A stretch of DNA of 58,513 bases, counting the filler, from Sphacelaria rigidula (taxonomy: Eukaryota), in assembly GCA_964200075.2 (NCBI GenBank). It is 8 parts of 8 records of this genome, joined end to end, with 100 filler letters (N's around TTAATTAATTAA, not from the genome) between each part and the next. Parts side by side here need not be neighbours in the genome. Positions count along the whole stretch, not along the records: positions 43,962 to 51,187 come from CAXNAA020015869.1; positions 51,288 to 58,513 come from CAXNAA020015870.1; 6 more parts are not named here. The stretch is one strand, 5' to 3'. The position numbers were made by a program, and so were the translations under genes. Shown piece by piece: positions 49,601 through 58,513 of the stretch; the first letter of the stretch is position 1, and every line of letters begins with the position of its first letter. The notes under the pieces were generated by a model, which worked only from the letters and a program-made list of their open reading frames with translations, did not search any database and had not been told where the DNA came from.

Positions 49601-49749
49601 TATTAATCGGTGCTTTCCCCTTAGCGCTCTCAGGCTGTGACGACCCAGTCGCCGCCCGATGCCTGATGGCTTGTTCAGGATCCCTTGACGGCAGATCCAG
49701 CGCCAGAAGTTGACCGTGTTCACGTGGCGAGATATTTACGTCCGATGAC

Positions 49750-50060
49750 TCAATTTATGGCGAGCCCGATATGCTCGTGGAGAATCCCTTCGCAGTTGCC
49801 ATCACACAAGAGAACAAATGTTGATCAATGCCTGGTTCAATAGTGGCATCGAGCGATACAGGGAGGAGGTTGCCAACGCTGTCCGTCACGGGCACTTGTA
49901 GGACTCCCGGAGCTATCACATGTATCCATGTAATTTTCAGAACCTTGATCAGCACTGTTCGTCATTTAGCCTCGCGGGCAAGGGACGAGGTCACGGTCCA
50001 GGTAGTGGCCACTTGTCCCGCTGCCCACCACCATGTAGCGTGCATCGTCTTTTTTATCGT
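49750..50060 (-). pseudogene. Ty1/copia-like protease-region remnant; decayed element sequence probably spans about 48500-50640
   Basis: MVVGSGTSGHYLD resembles the copia protease xxDSGASxHx motif with D to G. It is followed by ...IEPGIDQHLFSCVMATAKGF, similar to VPGL..NLFSV. Many stops. Confidence 0.5.
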
Positions 50061-51089
50061 ACGCACAATGCGTCGGCCGCCGCAACACTAGTGCCGAACG
50101 TAGTTCAGCAGTGCCTTCATCAATGGTGATGATGGCCTGTAGTATTTGAAATGGATAAAGGAGCTGCTATTCTACAGCTTCGGAGTGATGGCGCCCTAAG
50201 ATGTCGTGTTGCTCGCATCTTGGCCGAAAATGGTGCCGACGCTGCTTCGAGTCTGCCCCGTGGGGACTACCTACGTCCTGCGCATTACGCGTCTCTTCGC
50301 AGCTGTTTTGTTGCTTGACTTTCGCTCGGTGGTCAGCATCTGAGCGTGTCGTGGAGGGGTGAAATGGGCGCCATTTGGACTTCTCGCCCGTGTTCTGGGC
50401 TCCCTACGATCCCTCGAAAAGCGGTCAGTCTTGCCGCAGCGATGATGAGTTGACGTCGATCTCGATGAAACTATACACGAACATCCATCAGAATTTTCTG
50501 ACCGATCTGCTCAGACAGGTTGCTCTTGCGCTATACATGTTTTGCGTCATTGTTCTACTGCTCAAAGCTCAGAATAGGGCTGTCAAATGTTGATGTAGTC
50601 TCCGCTTCGGAGGAGGCCGTCAAGGCAGACATTTGATTGTACTCAGAGGATTACTTGCAATACTGCAAATGTCACGTGATATCTTGTGTGGCATTCTTCA
50701 AAACGCATTTTGCCCCGGTTGTCTGATGGTTTGACTGTCACTATAAGGGTGGAAGGAACGTGGGTTTGATTCCCGATGCGTTGATTTTTTCTTCGAAGTA
50801 TCTGACGTCCACCCTCAAAAGCACGGTACGTGGGTAAACGAAAAGTAGTTGATTTAGTTTGTTCAACGAGAGTTGACGTGGTGCGGGAGTGCTGGCCCCA
50901 ACCCTCGAGACCAGAATGCAAAGACGTGTACCGCGGGAAGATGAGTTGATGTTTTCGGGCCATGGACCCGTCCCGAGGAAGGGGAGGGGTTCAAAGTGCG
51001 ACAATAAAAATAAAAATGTGGAGAGAGTGCGAACTTCTAGCGGTGCGTGCAAGCTGGCGAGGTCTCGAATACAGGCTGAGAATAAGGCC

Positions 51090-51179
51090 TGTGACGGTTT
51101 AAGAGACTACCAACTAGACTACTGACAAGTCAGCGCTGACTCGTCAGTAGTCTAGTTGGTAGTCTCTTAAACCGTCACA
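51090..51179. repeat. 90-bp near-perfect loopless palindrome
   Basis: TGTGACGGTTTAAGAGACTACCAACTAGACTACTGAC.AGTCAGC and its reverse complement, with one mismatch. Confidence 0.92.
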
Positions 51180-51504
51180 AAAGTTAGNNNNNNNNNNNNN
51201 NNNNNNNNNNNNNNNNNNNNNNNNNNNNNNNTTAATTAATTAANNNNNNNNNNNNNNNNNNNNNNNNNNNNNNNNNNNNNNNNNNNNAAAGGGATTATCC
51301 CCTTCGTTAAGACAGGTCCTTATGGGGGTGGATGAAGGCCTTTCCGACCAAAGCTCCGTTCACCACAAAAATTGAAATGAACGCGGAGGGATATTGAAGA
51401 CGTGTTGAAGGCGTCCTGGACTGTTCGGACTTCTGCCGAACCTCTGCCGAGCATGACACATGCTCCATCCCAAGTTATATGGGTTTAGTATGCTACAGCT
51501 GTAC

Positions 51505-51586
51505 AATAATAATAATAATGATGATAATAATGATGATAATAATAATAATGATAATAATGATAATAATGATAATAATGATAATAATG

Positions 51587-51651
<65 letters not shown>
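51505..51651. repeat. (AAT/GAT)n microsatellite
   Basis: About 49 trinucleotide units. Confidence 0.97.
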
Positions 51652-53322
51652 CTATTTACTTACCGCGCAGTTCTCGAGACAGGAAGCAAATCGGCCTGTG
51701 GCCCTACACAGACCCCCGTACACACACTAGATCTGTTCAGCGTGGCGGCGTAGTTGCTCAATTCGCCACAGCGGATCCGAAAAAGCCCCAAAACGTTGTA
51801 GGAAACGCGTTTTTAGCACGTTTCGCGTATGGTTTGTGTTTGTGTTTGGTGCAGTGGTTTGCAAAGTGCTGCGGCCTCCGCGGCACGCTTTACGGAAACC
51901 TGAAAACACTTGATAGTTTTGGTGTGTGGGAAGCGCATGCATCAAACCGCAGTCCAATCCTTTGCTTCATTACCGAGAAAATAGAGTTGAAATATAAGCA
52001 CATCAACATACTGCAACAAGACGGGCACAACAACACGAGCAAGAGCTTCTATCCTGTGGTTGTTCCTTCCAAATACATTCAGGTGATCTGGCATTCCAAT
52101 CGTTGCCCAATATTTGGCAATGGCCGGCCAAAACTTAGGTCATATTTGGGCGGAGGAGGGGGAGCACCACTTTCGTGTTGCGTAGAGCTCCTTGGGGCTG
52201 TTGGTAGCGGTGGACATTGTCGAGTGGGTGTCAATTTTTGGGGGCTGGGTATTGTGTGCACTGTCAATGGTTGGACCGCGGGTGCTTCCTACCGATCTTT
52301 ATGAATTCCAGATTTGCACCATTTTTTGGAGCGATTAACTTGCGACCACGACGTAGGTACAACGGGTTGATATGCTCAACTCAGTCAACTACTCATGCAA
52401 ATAGTGCTGAGGAGTTGGGGCAGCGTGCTATCGATGGGATGTACTCTTACTCCGTGTCTACAGGCGTGCTGCGTTGGTACTTCTATCCTCACCAAGTAGT
52501 GTAGGACCCCCGGGCCAAGTCGAGTTGTTCCAGCGATGCCCACCGACCTGTTGCGCGGGTCAGTGAACGAAGATGCGACGCAACGAGCACTTCGTCGGCC
52601 GTGCTTGATACAAAAAGCTTTTCGATCGGCCCCTCCGCTGAGCAGCAGGGCCAGCACTCACAGCCAAACCTCGGCACTCGTATCGCATGTTCCTCCTCCC
52701 GCCCCCCTCGCTCCCACCCTCACTATTCCTTGACTGTATTCCTCACCAACCCCAATTGCTGAATTTTTGATTTTTTTAAATATCAAAATTGGGTTTGCTG
52801 GGTCGTTGGTATAGTCGGCGGGTTCAACTCCCGTTGCCCTTGCACCTGCCGCGGTGGTTGCTGTTACCCCTGTTGCACCGGCGTGAGTGACATCGCGTCA
52901 TGGAAACCGTTTTCTCGTGTCTCGCGGGTAGCGCAGCTCAGCCTGTTGAGGGTGGCTGTTGAGACGCCGATCCCAACTCTCTCTTGTGAGGTGCTGTCTT
53001 TGCCTTGGTGTTCGCACAGCTTTTGCCATGTTGTGTTGTACCCAAATTGATTCAAACACGTTCGAAAATCACTACTTGTACTGTACTCGACTGTCTTGCA
53101 CCTGTGGCTGTTCGTTGCCTTGCTCACTATTGGCGAGCGCGGAGTGCTTTTTGGGCTTGGGAACTGGACATAACTGAGCGAGGGTGGGTGGATGTGTATC
53201 TTGTTCTCACAGTGACCCCTACCACCCTGTTGTGTCGTTATCCGCCACTCCGTGACCTGATCCTATAATTCGTTATCCGCCAACAAAAACCTCAGATTTC
53301 TTCGAAATCCTACCAATTGTTT

Positions 53323-54215
53323 CACGACACGTTGGTTTCTAGCATAATAAGAGGCCCGTTGACCATTACAGCAGTAGACCTGATGAAGTGTTCGTACAAC
53401 AATGGTTGACAGGGATGACTACTCGATTTTAGACTTGATAAAATTAAAAAAAAAAAGGTTTGGGGTATGTGAGCAGTGGAGCCAGCTCGTCCAGAACGTG
53501 TAATGTCGAAATCGGAGCCTGCCACGACCAGTCGAAGTCTGCCAATGCACACTTTGCCCAGGGGAAACTATGCACCCTCCTCGCCCGCGGGTCTCGTGCG
53601 CCTTGGGTCGGGGTTAGTGTTAGTGTGAGTCTATAACATTCAATGGTGTTCCTCATCAAATATTATCTACGAACATTTCTTCACGTTTTTTTTCGATAGA
53701 CCTCGAGGGTAGGTCACCTGGTGAATCGGCATCAATTTTCACTTGAAGAAAGTGTCCGTGGTCCAAATGGACTACGGTTCAAATCTCGGAGCGATCTGAG
53801 ATTTTGTCTCACACCATGGCCAACAGTGGATAGCGACTATATCGTGGGTTTTTCATAAATCGACTTGATGGTCGATGAGGGAAAAGGACTGCTGAACCCC
53901 TCTCGCGATAAAAAAGGAAAGGCAAGCGCCGCAGAAGGAAGATGGAGTACCAAAAACAAATGGGACGATAGTTTCCCCTAGGCAAAGTGTGCGTTGGCAG
54001 ACTTCGACTGGTCGTGGCAGGCTCCGATTTCGACAAAAACACGTTCTGGACGAGCTGGCTCCACTGCTCACATGCCCCAAACCACTTTTTTGAATCTTAT
54101 CAAGTCTAAAATCGAGTAGTCATCCCTGTCAACCATTCTTGTGCGAACATTTCATCAGGTCTACTGCTGTGAGGGTCAATGGGCCTCTCATTATGCTAGA
54201 AGCCAACGTGTCGTG
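53323..54215. repeat. Long inverted repeat (~250-bp arms, 53323-53571 and 53968-54215) with a SINE fragment in the spacer
   Basis: The arms are clearly reverse-complementary at high identity. Confidence 0.9.
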
Positions 54216-54357
54216 TAACAATCTAAACGGTGGATGTCACGCTGGTTGGGAAAATATGTCAATCTCTTTTGGATATTCAATTATCAATTTCACGAAAACA
54301 TTGTTATATGCAGAAGATGTGCTTTGATCATCTACGTGCAGTAGTGCTCAGCATTCC

Positions 54358-55000
54358 GTAGGAGGAGGTGTGCCGGAGAGACACGGCTCCATCTGTCCCG
54401 CCACTGGGTTGGCGAGCCTACCGTCTGCGAAACCTCCCTAAAATGCAGTACTGGTCAGTGTATGCTCAGAGCCAATTGTACGTTTCTTCGAAATAATCTC
54501 TCCTCCTAGGTCCCAAAGGGGGTCTGAACTGCCGAGCGAAAGTGCTGGCACACTCCTCTCGGATATGGTATGTGACAACTGTGGGAGTACTTGGGGAACA
54601 TCGCTTGAAATGAAACATGTAGAATAGCACTCAGGGGTACGGTGGTACATCTTTCCGTCTTCAGAATCGAAATTTCCTTGCTCGAACGGTTTATACCCGT
54701 TATAATGGACGACTGCTTCCCAACAAAACCATCGGCGTCACTTCAAAATTCCTCTGTGCGCTAACCCTAACCCCCACAGTTGTCACATATCATCTCCGAA
54801 AGAAGTGTGCCAGTACTTTCGCTCGGCAGTTCAGACCCCCTTTGGGACCTAGGAGGAGAGATTGTTTCGAAGAAACGTACAATTGACCATGAGCATACAC
54901 TGTACAGTACTGCATTTTACGAGAGTTTCGAAGATGGTAGGCTCGCCACCCCAGTGGCGGGGCAGATGGAGCCGTGTCTCTCCGGCACACCTCCTCCTAC
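54358..55000. repeat. Long inverted repeat (~230-bp arms, 54358-54585 and 54773-55000)
   Basis: GTAGGAGGAGGTGTGCCGGAGAGACACGG... versus ...CCGTGTCTCTCCGGCACACCTCCTCCTAC. Confidence 0.9.
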
Positions 55001-55254
55001 GACACTTTCTACGATAGCCCCCCCCCCCCAAAACCAGCTAAAAGTGTCACGAAATAAATGGTCATATAGTACCTGATGTGCGGATTCAGGCTGCATGAAG
55101 CGCCGCATATTGGCGACATTGGCTAGAACAAACCCAAACGTGGGAATTCCCAGCTTCTCCTTGTGCTCGGCTTTTCCCATTTCGAATTACGTGAAGATTT
55201 TGCCTCCCAAAACCATGCCCTTTTTTCGGGGGGGGCTATCGTAGAAAGTGTCGT
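54999..55254. mobile_element. MITE with a 26-bp TIR; internal sequence shared with about 36720-36900 and 43645-43800
   Basis: TIR ACGACACTTTCTACGATAGCCCCCCC / GGGGGGGCTATCGTAGAAAGTGTCGT. The core CTGCATGAAGCGCC...GGCGACATTG occurs in three contigs. Confidence 0.8.
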
Positions 55255-56035
55255 TATGTGAAGTTGTTTCGATTTCAAGAGATCAAACCCAACCATGTAC
55301 TTCTAGCTTACATTTCGACTGTGAATACGTGGGTGGGTGTTTCCAGGTGCACTGCTGAACATGCCATAATTTGATTAATAATACCTGCAGCGGTGGATCA
55401 CAGGACTGCATGAGGCCTGCAACAGTTGCTCGTCAACAATTATTGTTAGTGCCCCCCTGCCAATTTTTATATAGCTACTCATGACTGCGATAAACAACCC
55501 AGATCCACAACGATCGAGCGGCTATGAGTGAAGCTGCAGGCTAATGTGTTTGCAAGAGGCACCAGACGGATGCTCCGTCAGTTCCCGTTGATCGTCTGTA
55601 CTCGTGCACGCCCCGACAATCAATTCATAGATGACCGTCTAGTTGTGCACGCTCTGGCAATCCATTCGAAGATGACCGTCTAAATATGCGTGCTCCGTCA
55701 ATCAAATAGAAGATGATCGTCTACCTGTGCGCGCTATGACCGTCCCCGGAGCAGGTCTACGTTTTTCTGGTCTTGAGAGTCCATGGGTTCCACACATTCC
55801 TTTGCCGAGATTTATACCGGAAATGATCTGATGAAAGTTGTTGGCTTGTAATGAACGACTCGTGTGTTTATCGCGAAGACTATGCAAGTTGCTAACGTAC
55901 AAGCCGGACATCGAATGGGTGAACGAGAAAGTTGTATGAACCATATACATATGTATGCTGGCACCATACAGGGAACAAGCAGGATTTGATTGCATACAGG
56001 AAAATGGGCGAGGACGAAGGCTCAAGATGTCAAGA

Positions 56036-56378
56036 CCATGCTTGTTCGAACAGGTTGACAGGGGAGCCAGGATTTTCCCATGCGTTCTCGAACAGGTTGA
56101 CAGGGGGGCAGGATTTTCCCATGCGTGTCCGAACAGGTTGCCATACATCCAGGATTTCCCATGTGTTTTCGAACAGGTTGACAGGGGGCCAGGAGCTTTC
56201 TATACGTGTTCGAACATGTTGCCATGGATCCAGAATTTTCCATGCGTTTTCGAACAGGTTGACAAGGGGGGCAGGATTTTCCCATGCTTGTTCGAGCAGG
56301 TTGACAGGAATCCAGGAATTCCCATGCTGTCCGAATAGATTGACAGGTGGCCAGGATTTTCCCATGTGTCTTCGAACA
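56036..56378. repeat. About 41-bp minisatellite, ~8 copies
   Basis: Consensus CCATGCGTGTTCGAACAGGTTGACAGGGGGCCAGGATTTTC. Confidence 0.92.
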
Positions 56379-57029
56379 AAGTGACATGGAGCAAGAAGTC
56401 CCTGAAGAGCCCATGAATATATCCCTGGCTGTCCCCGACACGTGATACCCTGGCCAAATGCACACGCGTGAAGCTGTTTTGTCCAGTTATACCGCTGTTC
56501 CCTTCGTTCTCCTTCCGCTTTGATTTTTGTTCGCTATTGTTATACTGGTAAAGCGCTGCTATCCATGTTACTGGATTCATCATTTTTCACGCCGTTGATG
56601 ATTGAGAATGTTTCCGCCAGACACCACCCCGGCGAATATCGACGCCATGCCATGGATGGCGGCAAATTTCGTTCACCCATGGATGATGAAGGTGGTTCTA
56701 TCAAATGAAAGCGGAAGGTTTGTTGAGCCTGACTCATATCCAGGGTGAGGATGAGGATTTGAGCACGCTCGCTACGATGTGGCCTCGTGACGAAGCAGAG
56801 TTACCAGAGGCTTGGGGAGCCGCTATAACTCGTTCGTCGGTTCAAGAGGCAGAGCGGAAGTCAGACCAAGACCCTGGTAGGGGGTAGGCTTCAACGTAGG
56901 AGCCACGGATACCAGGTGGTGATACCAGGTCTCAATCTTGAGGTCAAAATGCAGAAAGGGGCTCACTTGCGCGGTAGATTCCCCGAGGTACCAAGATCCG
57001 CAAACGGTTTGCGGACAGCCCAGAGTGGT

Positions 57030-57290
57030 CAACAGGAACAAGAGCTTCTCCGGACGGGATGGGATCGTTTCTGTACGGTGTTTAAATTCCCTACGTGGTC
57101 TAACCCGGTAGAGCGGTCAACAAGATCAAGGACTTCGCCGGACTGGATGTGATCGTTTCTGTACGGTGTTTAGATTCGCTACGTGGTCTAACCCGGCAGA
57201 GAGATCTGCAAGAGCAGGAGTTGCTGAGACTGTTCGAGATTTTTCTGAACGGTGTTTAAGTCCCCTATGTGGTCTACCCCGGCAGAACGG
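57030..57290 (+). repeat. About 88-bp tandem repeat, 3 copies, in the 3' internal region of an LTR element
   Basis: GATCGTTTCTGTACGGTGTTTA occurs at 57063 and 57151, and diverged at 57238. Confidence 0.8.
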
Positions 57291-57404
57291 TTATCAAGAT
57301 CGCCGGCTACACCAAGACGCCGAGTACTCGGGAAGAGGGACACGGTAACGCGGCGATCCATCGTGTGAACCACGTTCAATCCCAGGGTTTTTCAACTCTA
57401 GGAC

Positions 57405-58031
57405 TGAGGGGGGGTGTTACGGATCGCGGCGTGGCGTGGTGGATGAGGGTAGTACGATTATGGGGCGTCAATTCAAGACGACACTACGCGCCCGGAGGGC
57501 TGATTGCGGGAACTAGCTAGTACCGCAGTCAGGGGTGAGGATGTGATGTAATCCGGCAAGAGACGGAATACATAAACATGCCTGTTTACATCTGGTTGGA
57601 TCCGGTTCTTTCCAAGGACCGGCTGAACCGGGTGTCACCCTGGTGTCCACTTCTCTCGAAGTGCAAGGTTTGACGCCACCAAAATGAAAGAGAAATTGAA
57701 TCGGCCTGAAGCTGTGATTAAGAGTATCCTGACGTTCGGCGTGTATCGTCCTGCGTTGAACTTTCCCCACGTGCTGTGAGCTTACGATTGTTTCAAGAAT
57801 AACGGTGAGACGGTAACGATGTTTGACTCAAGCATTGAGCAGATGTAGGAAGGTCGACATAATTGTAAAACGAGATTTGTGCACAAACGGAATGGTGGAA
57901 TGTGTAGTCATATAGTAAGAGTAAGTCGTATTTGCATGAGCTGGCGAAACTTCGTCACTTGCATGATCGAAATTATGTTGTTGCTTCGCTCTAGTACTCG
58001 GCTTGCACAGTAGAGATACGCAATGTTAACA
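57405..58031 (+). mobile_element. Polypurine tract and probable 3' LTR of an LTR retrotransposon
   Basis: GAGGGGGGG is immediately followed by TGTTAC (57415). A candidate LTR end ...TTAACA lies at 58031. The 3' boundary is tentative. Confidence 0.55.
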
Positions 58032-58513
58032 ACAACTGTGAACAACCCATTTCTGTTTGTATCAGAAAACAAGCCTCCGGAGGCCTTCAATCCCTCTGGA
58101 GGAAACCAAACTCTACCGACCCGGAGGGCCGCTCACCCCGCGGAGGAACTTAGGGGTGTACGCGGCCCTTCAGAGGCAAACATACGGCTCCGGGGGCGTT
58201 CAATCCCTCTGGAGGAAAGCAAAAAATCTCCTCCGGAGGGCCGCGCACCCCTCTGGAGGCGTTTAATTCCTCGTGAGGCTCGAAACGTTTTCCCACCCGG
58301 AGGAATTTCGGAGGTAGCAAAATGTCCGCGTGTGTACTTCCCCCACACACATCAAGGGAGGGTACCCTACCTCCGACGCTGCCTGATATTGCATATAATT
58401 TAGTATGCGATCGATTTTATGGGAGACTATACGGCGTTTGGAGGGGGGGTGGGGGTAGGGGGTAGGGGGGGGGCGTACTCATTTGTTGCTTGCCTTAGTC
58501 GTTTGACCATTGA

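Noticed and set aside
51460-51753. Poly-Asn or poly-Ile ORFs (also poly-Thr at 36208-36408 and poly-Pro near 44000)
   Set aside because: Translations of microsatellites or homopolymer tracts.
52385-52657. Ankyrin- or Cys/His-like fragment LLLSGGADRKAFCIKHG
   Set aside because: Single weak motif with no supporting repeats or clear splice structure.
52798-52842. Mini tRNA-like sequence with adjacent A-box and B-box-like motifs
   Set aside because: Too short, has no anticodon arm, and no second copy is seen; may be chance or a SINE relic.
56036-56378. CRISPR-like appearance of regularly spaced repeats
   Set aside because: No unique spacers, units are contiguous, context is eukaryotic, and there are no cas genes.

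Overview
Eukaryotic, intron- and repeat-rich DNA that looks like a brown alga (Phaeophyceae, Ectocarpus-like). The taxon is inferred from the EsV-1-7 gene and general sequence style. The window is not one locus. It is eight unrelated contigs of 7228, 7227, 7227, 7227, 7226, 7226, 7226 and 7226 bp, sorted by size and joined by 100-bp N44-TTAATTAATTAA-N44 linkers, so adjacency across linkers is meaningless. Supported content: a decayed Ty3/Gypsy retrotransposon (PR-RT-RNase H); a 12-repeat EsV-1-7 Cys/His repeat protein gene; a multi-exon GNAT acetyltransferase; the 5' part of a multi-exon TMC/OSCA-like channel gene; a Ty1/copia remnant; a PPT plus 3' LTR; two tRNA-derived SINE families; and many fold-back, MITE and tandem repeats. 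Best leads: possible TALE-like variable residues in the EsV-1-7 array, hairpin loci including one built from an inverted coding-like duplication, GC-AG introns favoured by reading frame in both spliced genes, and a bacterial-like tandem GNAT with introns.
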